This document shows, one piece after another, positions 27,849 to 41,652 of a stretch of 64,000 nucleotides of DNA (position 1 is the first letter of the stretch; each line of letters begins with the position of its first letter). Source of the stretch: Octopus vulgaris (taxonomy: Eukaryota); assembly GCA_951406725.2 (NCBI GenBank), contig OX597834.1, forward strand, positions 15,066,001 to 15,130,000, written 5' to 3'. The position numbers were made by a program, and so were the translations under genes. The notes beneath the pieces were generated by a model. It worked only from the letters and a program-made list of their open reading frames with translations. It searched no databases and had not been told where the DNA came from.

Positions 27849-29172
27849 AGAGAGAAATATGAAATTGTACCACCCGTGTTGGAGTTGAAAGAATTGCGAT
27901 GGTAATTTTCATGTAATGTGAAGCTTGAATGACCTTATTTTTGAAGCAATGCGGATAGATATGCGTATTGAGTAGTATTTCTCGTCTGTTGTCAACGTAT
28001 GTGGTTGACACGGCTTGGAAAGACAACTGCCTTCTCGTCTCTCAAAATGCGTAAAAGCTAAACAAAAATTTATTATAAAATAGGCGCAGACTTGGCTGTG
28101 TGGTAGAAAGCCTGCATCCCAACCACATGGATCCGAGTTCAGTCCCGCGTGACATCTTGGGAAAGGGCGTTTTACTATATCTTCGGGCAGACGAAACCCT
28201 TGGCAGACATATATATATATATATATATATATATCTGTGTGTGTGTGTGTGTCTTAGTAACTGTGTTCATCCCCCATCACTGCTTGACAACCGGTGTTGG
28301 TGTGTTTACGTTCTCGTCAATTAGTTGCAAGGCAAAAGAGTCCTATGAAATATGTTGTCAACATAAGTGGTGGCTGCAATATGAACAATACAATGTATCA
28401 ATGGACAAGTCCTTGTAATGTAAACTAAGGTGGAATACTGTCAGCATTTTTTGGTAAGGTTTTCTTTTCAGTTATTCTACAGAAAGTATCGCCAGCATTG
28501 ATCTTTGTTACTACGTTTCGTATACGAGATGTCAGATACAAACAAAAAAAAAAGCAGAGCTGGCTATTAATTTTATAGAATATCTGTAGAGATACGCTTA
28601 ACAAAAAGTATAAAAGCGCACGGCTACCGCAGTAGGACACGGTGTTGACTGATGAAATCATTTACTATATTACAAAGTATATTTTGGTTGCAGAACGAAG
28701 TACCAGATACCTAGAAGTCATTTGTGTCAACGTTTTATCCTGTGCGTCTGATATATAGTTTTATAGTTTACCGTATTTGATGACATAAAAGACGCACGGT
28801 TTTATCAGAAACACCATAATTTCAGCAGGGCATATTCAGAAACAAGATTTTTAGTTCGTTAACGCGTTTGATGTAACTCCCAACTTCGACCTCGACGGAA
28901 TTTGAAATCAGAACATAAGGACAGATGAAAAGTATTTCGTTCGCTGTTTTAATGATATGCCACTTTATGACCAACAACACAAAATAACGTTTGTCATCCA
29001 TTATAAAGTTCAAATGCTGTCTGCCCTTTTTGCGCAACTCTGATGGACATTTCTGTAATATAGGTGGGTTTGAAAGGTTCTGAAAGATAGAGATTAATAG
29101 TAATTAATAACCATGTGTGTGCTTAATTTTGGAAGAGAGTTATGTGAAATTCTATCATCTCCGTATTATACT

Positions 29173-29345
29173 AGGCGCAGGAGCGGCTGTGTGGTAAGTA
29201 GCTTATTTACCAACCACATGGTTCCGGGTTCAGTCCCACTGCGTGGCACCTTGGGCAAGTGTCTTCTACTATAGCCTCGGGCCGACCAAAGCCTTGTCAG
29301 TGGATTTGGTAGACGGAAACTGAAAAGAAGCCCGTTGTATATATG

Positions 29346-29383
<38 letters not shown>

Positions 29384-29603
29384 TGTGTGTGTTTGTGTGT
29401 CTGTGTTTGTCCCCCCAGCATTGCTTGACAACCGATGCTGGTGTGCTTATGTCCCCGTTACTTAGCGGTTCGGCAAAAGAGACCGATAGAATAAGTACTG
29501 GGCTTACGAAAGAATAAGTCCAGGAGTCGAGTTGCTCGATTAAAGGCGGTGCTCCAGCATGGCCGCAGTCAAATAACTGAAACAAGTAAAAAAGTAAAAA
29601 GAG
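29173..29603 (+). mobile_element. tRNA-derived SINE, family A (internal (TA)n/(TG)n tract), full length
   Basis: Head AGGCGCAGGAGCGGCTGTGTGG...GGTTCAGTCCC, then CCTTGGGCAAGTGTCTT, an internal microsatellite and tail CTGAAACAAGTAAAA. Many copies in the window. Confidence 0.9.
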
Positions 29604-30510
29604 TAGTGTTTTGTTAATGCTTAATAGTTTAGAAATTGTAGAGTTAAGAGAATTACGTATTTGAACTCAAAAGTAAAGACGGACAAATTCCTGCTATGCG
29701 TTCTGTTCGGTGAGCTTACGTTTCTACCAGTTCGACGCCTTCATAGAGGGGACAGCGTCAGTCGATTACATCGACGCCAGTGTTCAACTGGCGCTTATTT
29801 TATCGACCCCAAAACGATCAAGTGCAAAGCCGGCATTGACGGAATTTGAAATCTGAACGTAAGGTCAGACCAATTGCGGCTAAGCATTCTGCCCGGCGTG
29901 CTAATGAGAGGCAACTTTACGATCAACAATGCAAAATATCAACCCCTATGATGTAAAACTAAGTTGAGATGCTGTCTGCCATTTTTGTGCATGTCAGGTG
30001 TATACTTTTATTATATAGGTGTGTTTCAAAAGTACGTACATTTGCTAGGAGTGTGTTCTATGATAGGAAAAAGTAACGTCAAATTGTACCCCCAAACATG
30101 TATTAAAATAATTTCATGGAGTGAGGCTTGAAAAGACAACGGCCTTCTCGTCTCTCAAAATGCGTAAAAGCTAAACGAAAATGTATTATGAAATAGGCGC
30201 AGGCTTGGCTGTGTGGTAGAAAGCCTGCATCCCAACCTTCTGGATCCGGGTTCAATCCCGCGTAGCATCTTGGGAAAGGGTGTTTTACTATAGCTTCGGG
30301 CCGACGAAACCCTTGGCAGACATATAAATATATATATCTGTGTGTGTGTGTCTTAGTATCTGTGTTTATCCTCCCTCCATCACAGCTTGACAACCAGTGT
30401 TGGTGTGTTTACGTTCTCGTCAATTAGTTGCAAGGCAAAAGAGTCCTATAAAATATACACCAGGCTTAGAACAACAAAAATTAAGTAGGCGCAGAATAAC
30501 AAACATTAAT

Positions 30511-31458
30511 AGGCGCAGGAGTGGCTTTGTGGTAAGTAGCTTGCTAACCAATCACATGGTTCCGGGTTCAGTCCCACTGTGTGGCACCTTGGACAAGTGT
30601 CTTCTACTATAGCCTCGGTCCGAGCAAGGCCTTGTGGGTGAATTTGGTAGACGGAAACTGAAAGAAGTCTGTCGTATATATATGTATATTTATATGTATG
30701 TGTGTGTGTTTGTCCCACCATCATCGCTTGACAATCTATGCTGGTGTGTTTACGTCCCCGTAAATTAGCGGTTCGGCAAAAGAGACCGATAGAATAAGTA
30801 CTAGGCTTACAAAGAATAAGTCCTGGGGTCGATTTCCTCGACTAAAGGCGCTGCTCCAGCATGGCCGCAGTCAAATGACTTGAATCCATGAAGTCGTCGT
30901 TGAAAAGAACGGTGGTCCCCTTGACAACGCTTACGACGTTGATTTCCTTACACTGCCTTCACCACAAGCTTCACGAAGGAGGGAAGGGGGGGAAACACAG
31001 GTGCAGGTGCGAGCATGAACGACAACGTCGCCGCCACCGACACACGAAAAAATTGGAAGAAACCCAGACGACAGCTTCACAGTGAAATACTACTACGGAC
31101 AACTCGACCACGGAACTTTTCCTTTTGAACGGCACAACTAATTCATTCGGTTGTGCAAATTGTCTGCACGGAAAACCTGCCCTGTGTGGCGGTTTCTCCC
31201 GTTTTTGTGTCTCTGTTTTCGGCCTTTTTAGCCATTTCTTCTTTTGAGCATGGCGTCTTCAAGCCATGAAGTCGTTGTTGAAAAGAACGGTGGTCTCCTT
31301 GACAACGCTTTACGACGTTGATTTCCTTACACTGCCTTCACCACAAGCTTCACGAGGGAGGGAAGAAGGGGAGGAGAAGCAACGCAGGTGCAGGTGTGAG
31401 CATGGACGCCAAATCCGCCGCCACCGACATAAGAAAAAATTGAAACAAGTAAAAGAGA
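30511..31458 (+). mobile_element. Family A SINE, tail interrupted by a ~560-bp insert
   Basis: Tail AAATGACT (to 30880) resumes as TGAAACAAGTAAAAGAG at 31441. Confidence 0.85.
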
Positions 31459-31553
31459 ATAGCAATAGTTGGTTCATTCGAGGAAAAAATTCTTCAAGGC
31501 GCTGCCCCGGGATAATGAGTGAAACACGTAAAAGATTAAATATATATATATAT

Positions 31554-31719
31554 AGGCGCAGGAGTGGCTGTGTGGTAAGTAGCTTGCTAACCAACCACAT
31601 GGTTCCGGGTTCAGTCCCACTGCGTGACATCTTGGGCAAGTGTCTTCTGCTATAGCCCCGGGCCGACCAATGCCTTGTGAGTGGATTTGGTTGACGGAAA
31701 CTGAAAGAAGCCTGTCGTA

Positions 31720-31774
<55 letters not shown>

Positions 31775-32004
31775 GTGTGTGTTTGTGTGTCTGTGTTTGT
31801 CCCCCTAGCATTGCTTGACAACCGATGCTGGTGTGTTTACGTCCCCGTCACTTAGCGGTTCGGCAAAAAGAGACCGATAGAATAAGTACTGGGCTTACGA
31901 AAAGAATAAGTCCCGGGGGTCGAGTTGCTCGACTAAAGGCGGTGCTCCAGCATGGCCCAGGCAAATGACTGAAACAAGTAGAAGAGTGATAAAGAGTAAA
32001 GAGA
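31554..32004 (+). mobile_element. Family A SINE, full length
   Basis: Colinear with 29173-29603. Confidence 0.9.
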
Positions 32005-32416
32005 GATATATGGGGTTCGTTCTTGTAAAATGCATGAGAAATAATGTGGATGAAATAAGTTGTGATGCCAATAATGATCGTTTATATTATTGGCGATGGA
32101 TATTCGGGATTAGAATCGATCTCAGATCATTGATCTTTCGATGCGAGGAAGGAAAAACCAAGAAGTATATACTATTTAATAGATATACGTTTAAGACAAC
32201 GGGACGAGCGGTTAGCTGGGGCTGAGACACGCGCGCGCGCACGTGTGTGTGTGTGTGTGTGTATGTATGTGTGTGTGTGGTGCTGGAAGTGGTTAATTGT
32301 AGTATTGGTGGTGGCGACGGAGTTATAGCTTCGTGGTATCACACCCACCGCTACACACACATACACGCACATTCCCATACACAAACACGCACACACACAT
32401 TGACATGCAAACGCAA

Positions 32417-32453
<37 letters not shown>

Positions 32454-32609
32454 CATACATGCACATTCATACATAAATATGCATACATGTATATATATAT
32501 ACACATATATGCATATATATATATGTATATATGTATATATATATGTGTATATATGTATATATATATATGTATATATATGTATATATATATATATGTATAT
32601 ATGTATATA

Positions 32610-32642
<33 letters not shown>

Positions 32643-32781
32643 GCATATATGAATATATGAAAAAAAAAAAAATATATATACATATATATATTATATATAT
32701 ATATATAAATATATGTGTGTGTGTATTATATATATATACATATTTGTAAGTATTATATACGAATATCTATTTCTATATCTA

Positions 32782-32823
<42 letters not shown>

Positions 32824-32852
32824 CATATAAACATATATATATATGAATATAT

Positions 32853-32894
<42 letters not shown>

Positions 32895-32914
32895 ATATAT
32901 ATATATGAATATAT

Positions 32915-32956
<42 letters not shown>

Positions 32957-32986
32957 ACATATATATATATATATGAATATATATAT

Positions 32987-33054
<68 letters not shown>

Positions 33055-33101
33055 TCATGCATGTATATATGTATGCATATATGTATGTTGGTGTTTATGT
33101 A

Positions 33102-33160
<59 letters not shown>

Positions 33161-33358
33161 TGATGATGACGATATATAACAATAGAGTAGACATCGAGAA
33201 CAAAGGCAGTCAGCATCGTTTGATGGCATCGGTTTTGAAATGTCGAAAGAGACGGCAAATATAAAACAACCAAACGTCAGATGAGACAGGGGGAGAAAAT
33301 GGACCATGTGCTTCCAGGCGTAGAAGACAAGAGCAGACAGTCGTGACGACGATGACGA

Positions 33359-33389
<31 letters not shown>

Positions 33390-33502
33390 AATGATAAAGA
33401 TGATCACCATCAACATCAGTATCATCGTCATCATCATCATCATCATTTTCATCATCATCTTCATCAACATCATCATCATCATCGTCGTCGTCATCGTCAT
33501 CG

Positions 33503-33554
<52 letters not shown>

Positions 33555-33992
33555 TTTCATCATCATTTTCATCATCATTTTCATCATCATCTTCATCATC
33601 ATCATCGTCGTCGTCATCGTCATCGTCGTCATCATCATCATTATCATCATCACCACCATCATCATAATCATCATTTCGTCATCATCATTATCAGCATCAT
33701 CATCATCATTATTTTCATCATCATTTTCATTTTTGTGGACGTCGTTACCCTCCTGTCGAATATAGAAGTTATCACAATGGTAGTGGCAATGCTTATGTTC
33801 GTGATGGTGGAGGCTGGTGACCGTGGCGGTCGTGTGGGACGGGGCCGATTGCAGGTGTTTCTGATGCTGGGTTCTGTAGCAATAATCGGCAGATATCTTT
33901 AAAAATATACGTTATGAACATCACACCCATACACACACATACCTACCTACCTCTTTAAGATGTATACCTATCTGTCTATCTCTCTCTCTCTC

Positions 33993-34037
<45 letters not shown>

Positions 34038-34082
34038 TTATATCTATCTATCTAACTAGCTATCTGGCTGTCTGTTTATCTA

Positions 34083-34163
<81 letters not shown>

Positions 34164-34335
34164 TAATTAATTAGTAAGGGTGAGAGAATTAGATACTAAT
34201 TTAATAGTATATCTATTCAACACCAAGTGGCCTAGTGCTCCGAGAAACCTGGATTATTATAATATTTTATAATGTATTATAATATTTTTACAAAATAAAT
34301 ATAAGAGAGTGGTCACTATAGTGACCACTCTCTTA

Positions 34336-34400
<65 letters not shown>

Positions 34401-34672
34401 ATCTATATCCATCTATCTATTTATCCATATATCTATCTATCTGCCTACCTACCTATCTAGCTAGCTATCCATCTGTTTATCTCTCTCTCTCTCTATCTAT
34501 CTTTCTATGTCTCTCTCTCTCTCCCTATCTATCTATCTCTTTATCTATGTCTCTCGCTCTCTCTCTCTCTCTATCTATCTATCTATATGCACGTCAGTCA
34601 CATAGACTCCGTGTAAGTTGGCCTTTTTTTGCATTTACATAAGAAAAATATTTCGTATGTAAAATTTGTGCA

Positions 34673-35575
34673 ACAACTAATTCATTCAGTTGAACAAATT
34701 GTTTGCACGGGAAACCTGCCCTGTGTGGCGGTTTTCCCGTTTTTGTAAATTTGTTTTTCGGCTTTTTTAGCCATTTCTGTTTTGGGCATGGAGTCTTCAA
34801 GCCATGAAGTCGTCGTTCTAAAAGAAGGCTGGTCTCCTTGACAACGCTTTACGACGTCGATTTCCTTACACTCCCTTCACCACAGCTTCACGAGGGAGGG
34901 AAGAAGGGGAGGAGAAAAGCACAGGTGCAGGTGTGAGCATCGACGCCAACGCCGCCGCCACACGAAAACTTGGGAGAACGCAGACGACAGCTTCACAATC
35001 AACTACGGACAACTCGGCCACGGATATTTTCCTTTTGAACGACACACGCACACGCACACATGCACACACACACACTCACACACACGCACACACACGCACA
35101 CACACACCCACACACACCCACACACACGCATGCACACACGCAAACACGCACGCACACACACACGCACACACACACGCACACGCACACACGCACACACACG
35201 CACACACGCACACACGCACACACACGCACACACACACACTCACACACGCACACTCACACACGCACTCGTAAAAAGTCATAGAGTACCATTTAATGACAAA
35301 AATTCAATGAATAGAAGTTATGGAACATCGCAGCTAGAGGCTACTAAGCATTTCCTTGAAGGTGCATGGGTCAGTGGTTAGAGCGTTCAGCCTAGGATCC
35401 TGGGATCTTTTCCTTTTGAACGGCAGTTTTCAACACAATTTCTAGTTAACTAAACACTTTAAAACTTCGTATACTGGTAGAATGTGTCAAAATAAAACAT
35501 TTTTTTCTCTTGGCTTTCTTGAGAAGATTGTAATTTGTAAGATTAACGTAGTTTAATTCTTCGAATTTTAAACAA
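34673..35575 (+). repeat. Unclassified interspersed repeat (linear 369-bp segment 34673-35041; continuation from ~35405)
   Basis: Homologous to 30886-31440. TTTTCCTTTTGAACG occurs at ~31117, ~35027 and ~35407. Confidence 0.7.
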
Positions 35576-35609
35576 TCAAGGAAAAGAAAAAGAAAAAAAA
35601 GGAGAAAAA

Positions 35610-37170
35610 GAAGGACGAGAAGACGAAGAAGAAGAAGAAGAAGAAGAAGAAGAAGAAGAAGAAGAAGAAGAAGAACGAGAAGAAGAACGAGAAGAAGAAG
35701 AAGAAGAAGAAGAAGAAAGAAGAAGAAGAAGAACGAGAAGAAGAAGAAGAACGAGAAGAAGAAGAAGAAGAAGAAGAAGAAGAAGAAGAAGAAAGAAGAA
35801 GAAGAAGAAGAAGAAGAAGAAGAAGGAGAAGAAGAAGAAGAAGAAGAAGAAGAAGAAGAAGAAGAAGAAGAAGAAGAAGAACGAGAAGAAGAAGAAGAAG
35901 AAGAACAAGAAGGAGAAGAAGAAGGAGAAGAAGAAGAAGAAGAAGAAGAAGAAGAAGAAGAAGAACGAGAAGAAGAAGAAGAAGGAGAAGATGAAGAAGA
36001 AGAAGCAGAACGAGAAGAAGAAGAAGGAGAAGAAGAAGAAGAAGAAGAAGAACGAGAAGAAGAAGAAGAAGAAGAAGAAGAAGAAGAAAAAGAAGAACGA
36101 GAAAAAGAAGAAGAAGAAGAAAAAGAGCGAGAAATAGAAGAAGAACGAGAAGGAGAAGAACGAGAAGAAGAAGAAGAAGAACGAGAAGAAGAAGAAGAAG
36201 AAGAAGAAGAAGAAGAACGAGAAGAAGAAGAAGAAGAAGAAGAAGAAGAAGAACGAGAAGAAGAAGAAGAATGAGAAGAAGAAGAAGAAGAAGAAGAAGA
36301 AGAAGAAGAAGAAAAAGAACGAGAAGTAGAAGAAGAAGAACGAGAAGAAGAAGAAGAAGAAGAAGAAGAAGAAGAAGAAGAAGAACGAGAAGAAGAAGAA
36401 GAAGAACGAGAAGAAGAAGAACGAGAAGAAGAAGAAGAACGAGAAGAAGAAGAAGAACGAGAAGAAGAAGAAGAAGAAGAAGAAGAAGAAGAAGAACGAG
36501 AAGAAGAAGAAGAAGAAGAACGAGAAGAAGAAGAAGAACGAGAAGAAGAAGAAGAACGAGAAGAAGAAGAAGAACGAGAAGAAGAAGAAGAAGAAGAAGA
36601 AGAAGAACGAGAAGAAGAAGAAGAAGAAGAAGAAGAAGAACGAGAAGAAGAACGAGAAGAAGAAGAAGAAGAAGAACGAGAAGAAGAAGAAGAAGAAGAA
36701 GAAGAACGAGAAGAAAAAGAAGAAGAAGAAGAAAAACGAGAAGAAGAAGAACGAGAAGAAAAAGAAGAAGAAGAAAAAAACGAGAAGAAGAAGAAGAAGA
36801 AGAAGAAGAAGAACGAGAAGGAGAAGAAGAACGAGAAGAAGAAGAAGAAGAAGAAGAAGAAGAAGAAGAGGAAGAAAAAGAACGAGAAGAAGAAGAAGAA
36901 GAAGAAGAAGAAGAAGAAGAAGAAGAACGAGAAGAAGAAGAACGAGAAGAAGAAGAAGAAGAAGAAGAAGAAGAAGAAGAAGAAGAAGAACGAGAAGAAG
37001 AGGAAGAACGAGAAGATGAAGAAGAAGATCGAAGTTGAAGAAGAAGAAAAAGAAGAATAACGAGAAGAAAAAGAAGAAGAACGAGAAGAAGAATAAGAAG
37101 AAGAACGAGAAGAAGGAGAGGAAGAAGAAAAAGAAGAAGAAGAAGAAGAAGAAGAAAAAAAAAAGAAGAA
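35610..37170. repeat. ~1.55-kb (GAA)n tract punctuated by CGA
   Basis: Directly visible. Confidence 0.98.
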
Positions 37171-37799
37171 CGAGAATAAGGAGGAGGAAGAAGAGGAGGG
37201 TTATTTGAGGAGGGGAGGGGAAAGGGGAAAGGGGGAAGGGGGAGAGGAGGTCAGCAGTAGCAACAGGAAGAGCAGGAGGAGCAGAAGGAGGAGGCGTTTG
37301 AAATTTTCCTAAGTGAAGGAGCGCCAAGTCAGAAAAAATCTTGAAGGAGGCCCAAGTTAAAGAGCCACGCCAGATAAAGCGTCTAATCACTTGTAAAACG
37401 TCTGTCTGCGTTTGTCTTCTTAAATACTATAAACAGTGGAACAAGGATCATTATGGCTGCAAAGTTTCTATCGATCGATTTTTCTTCGCCTGTCTTTGTC
37501 TCTATCTCGGACGCCATCTTGATTTGTGTTATTTCTTTTTAATTTTTATTTCTCTTAATATTTACTTTATACTTGTTGTTGTTGTTGTTGTTGTTGTTGT
37601 TGGCTTAAATGTTAAATGTGTCAGTGTTTTTTTTTTCTTTTTTTTTTTTCTTTTTTTTTGGTTGTGGAGGAGAAAGATTCGGTTGTGGAAAATGGCGGTG
37701 GTGGGTTTGGTTGTCAGCGTGGTGTTTAAGTCTCGTTATTTATCTCCTTTCGTTTGTTAATTTGGGACCCAATTTTATAATGCTTCTGTGATAGTTGTT

Positions 37800-38420
37800 G
37801 TTGGTGGCGGGGTTGGTGGTGGTGGTGGTGGTGGTGGTGGTGGTGGTGGTGGTACTGTTGGTTGTAGTTGCGGTAGTGTTTGCCGTTGTGATGGTGAGGA
37901 TACTAGTGATGTTTCTAGCGTTGGTGTTAGTGGCGGGAGCGATGGTTGTAATAGCGGTGGTGGTGGTGGTGGTAGTGGTGGTGGTGGCGGTGGTGGTAGC
38001 GATGGTTGTAATGGCGGTGGTGGTGGTGGTGGTTTTAATGGTGGGGTTGGTAGCAGTGGTGGTGGTGGTGGTGGTGGCGATGGATGTAATGGTGGTGGCG
38101 GTGGTGGTAGCGATGGTTGTAATGGTGGTGGTGTAGGTGTTGGTAGCGATGATGTTATGATGGTGATGGTGGTGGTGGGGGTAGTAACGATGGTTGTAAC
38201 GGTGGTGGTGGTGGTAGTGGTGGTGGTGATGGTGATGGTGATGGTGGTGGGAGTAGTATCGATGGTTGTAATGGCGGTAGTGGGTGGAGGTAGTTGGTGG
38301 TGGTGATGGTGGTAGTGGTGGTGGTGATAGCGATGGTTGTAATGGCGGCGGTGGCGGAGGGTGATGGTTGTAATGGTGATGAGGTGTTAATGGGGGTAGT
38401 GGTGGTGGTAGCGGTTGTCG
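37800..38420. repeat. (GGT)n tract with recurring GCGATGGTTGTAAT motif
   Basis: Directly visible; about 8 motif copies. Confidence 0.9.
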
Positions 38421-38752
38421 TCTTTTCGTTATTGCGGATATTCTTACTGCTACCTCTGCTACTACTGCTACCATTACTGCAACAGCTGCCTTTAAATTTG
38501 TTTTTTTTCTAATTAGCTCTCCGACCCCAGAACAGTTTCCACCGAACAAATTCACAAGGTGAAGCAATCCAACCAGAGCCATCTCATCGGTACTTCGTAT
38601 ATAAATTATGAAGGACTACATAATCAGATATGTTGTCCGTTCTTATTAAGAAGGAAAAATATATTAAAACGATATCAGGCGTCGTGATGGCTGCCTAGTA
38701 AATATATATATATATGTGTGTGTATGTGTGTATTTATGTATCTATATTTATA

Positions 38753-38817
<65 letters not shown>

Positions 38818-38895
38818 ATGTATATATATATATATTTATATATATATATATATATATTTGTATATAAACACACACACACACATATATATATATAT

Positions 38896-39022
38896 GTGGC
38901 TGTTTGGTAAGAAGCTTGGTTCCCAATCACATGGTTTTCGCCTCTGTAGTGTCTTGTACTATATCCTCGTGTCGACCAAACCTTGTGAACGGATTTGGTA
39001 GACGTAAATTGAAAGAAGTCCG

Positions 39023-39078
<56 letters not shown>

Positions 39079-39262
39079 GCATTTATATATGTGTGTGTAT
39101 GTGTCTCCCCAACATCGCTTGACAACCGATGCTAGTGTGTTTACGTCCCCGTAACTTAGCGGTTCGGCAAAAGAGACCGATGGAATAAGTACTAGGCTCG
39201 ACTGAAGGCGGTGCGGTAGCATGGCCACAGTCAAATGACTGAAACAAGTAAAAGAGTAAAAG
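38896..39262 (+). mobile_element. Family A SINE
   Basis: Colinear with family A, with a small internal deletion. Confidence 0.8.
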
Positions 39263-39304
<42 letters not shown>

Positions 39305-40194
39305 ACATATGTGTATGTGTGTGTGTATGTCTTCGTGTCTGCATTTGAATCCGTGTCTAACACCAATACATAATAATGAGTACAAATTTTGACACAGGAC
39401 TAGCACGTTTGGGGGAAGAAGTTTGTCGATACACCGACCACAGTCTTCAAATGCTTCTTATTTTATCAACAGCGGAACGGTGGAAGGCAAAGTCGACCTC
39501 AGCAACATTCGATCTCAGAACGTTAAGAAAGACGACATTCCACTAAGCATTGTGTCTGACGTACTAACGATTCTGCTAGCACGCCGGCGTAGGCCAAGAT
39601 ATATTGCGAAAAGAGACGAAGAATGGTATGAAAATGGAAAAATATTTTATCAATCCCCGGATAAGATGCCAACAAGACAGTGCTTGACCTGGGGTTAAAC
39701 AGCAGCATCAGCAACAACAATAACAATAATAACAATAATAAAATCGAATGATGATATGGTTAAGTTGTTCATGGTCGGTGGAACATGGAACTGTAGGAGA
39801 GATTAAGGTAATCCGCAGGAGGGATAAAACCAGCAATTTGCAGCATTTGATGTCATACGAAGTGTGGCGATACCATATTACGAGTACAAAAGTACATCTT
39901 AGTTCGTCACGTGGGAGGCTGCAAACGTCGATGACGTTCGATATTTATATTGAAAAGTTTCCAGCCAGACGAACACTGCGAATTGAACCGTTAAAAATTT
40001 TAAATAATGCATAAAATCATTGTTTGAATATTCAATATGAACGATTTTGCTACATTTTAAAGTTACTGTAGAGCGGGAATGTGCTTTATGCGTGAGTATT
40101 CGTGCCTCTTTCTGTGTATCTCTCAATCTAGATAAGCATATAGACATGCACCCCTCTCTCTCTGTCTACCACTCCCTGTGTCTCTCTAATATAA

Positions 40195-40243
<49 letters not shown>

Positions 40244-40336
40244 AACATATATAGACAGGAAGATACATATACATGTATATGAGTATAAAAGTAAATGTGT
40301 GTATAAGTGTGTTTATGTGTGTTATTTGTACACACG

Positions 40337-40392
<56 letters not shown>

Positions 40393-40986
40393 TTCATATA
40401 TGCCCCAGGATCTCAGGAAAGTAGAAACAATTAAGTATTATCTACAAATATTTCTACGACTTCGATCTAACATAGGCTGTTTTTGTTATCACCAGAAAGC
40501 ATGATCCTAAAAATCATGGCCAACCTTGCGGGAAAGAAACGGCTAATCAGAATAACGAGGCCTCAAGATAAAATAAAATCAGAAACGGGCATATCAAACA
40601 TGCATTCCCTATTCAGCTGCCCCACCGATATCATTGTCGTTTCGACACCTGATCAGAAACATAGAATCACGTGGTGGCAACAACGCTAAGAAACACCCCA
40701 GGGAAAGAACAGAAAATCAGGCGTAGCAAAATATTGGAGTAATATCCCCATCGTCGAACGATGAAACTGCCTCAAACGATGAAACTGTGTGTTCAACATA
40801 GCATTGGTGGATATAATTTTATATGCATGTATATAACAGCCATTCTTGGGAACATCATTCTAGTGCTGAATAACAAAAGATCAACCCATTGAGATATTTT
40901 AAAAGTCTGGTACTTATTCTAACGTTCTGTTTGCCGAACCTCGATTTTACCTAAACATCAACAGAACAAAATTGGTTGTCACGTTC

Positions 40987-41067
<81 letters not shown>

Positions 41068-41498
41068 ACAGGCTTCTTCAGAGTTTCCATTTATCAAATT
41101 CATTCACGAGTTTATAAAACATAAGCCCACGTACGCACGCACATACACAAACAGACACACAGACACATATTTATATAAACATGCAGGCATACATGCTTAC
41201 ATATATATATATAGATAGATAGATAGATACATACATACATACATACATAAATACATACATACATACATACATACATACATACATACATACATACATACAT
41301 AGAGAGATAGATGTACTTAGATATATGCATACATATATATATGTATTAGGCAAATAAAGCGATGGGTAGGGTTAAAGTTGTAGTAGAGAGGTGGATAGAC
41401 ACAGAGACAGACTGATAGACTGACAGACAGACAGATAAATAAATACGCAACGGCTCGAAGAAACATGATACACAGCCATATATACACACATACATACA

Positions 41499-41534
<36 letters not shown>

Positions 41535-41566
41535 TGTGTGTGATATATATATACATATACATACAG

Positions 41567-41600
<34 letters not shown>

Positions 41601-41615
41601 GTGTGATTATGCATG

Positions 41616-41652
<37 letters not shown>

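Noticed and set aside
29173-29240. tRNA genes
   Set aside because: All A/B-box sequences are SINE heads without an intact cloverleaf.
35576-37390. 604-aa poly-F/L ORF and 255-aa poly-R/E ORF
   Set aside because: Both come from the stop-free GAA tract, and the repeat phase slips within the ORFs.
38517-38558. Possible 42-nt exon (ttctaattag|...CACAAG|gtgaag)
   Set aside because: Weak donor, unrecognisable peptide and no partner exons.
37740-38582. 280-aa ORF with signal-peptide-like start and Pro/His/Thr-rich body
   Set aside because: The same DNA motif is read in three different frames along the ORF, which indicates a non-coding repeat.
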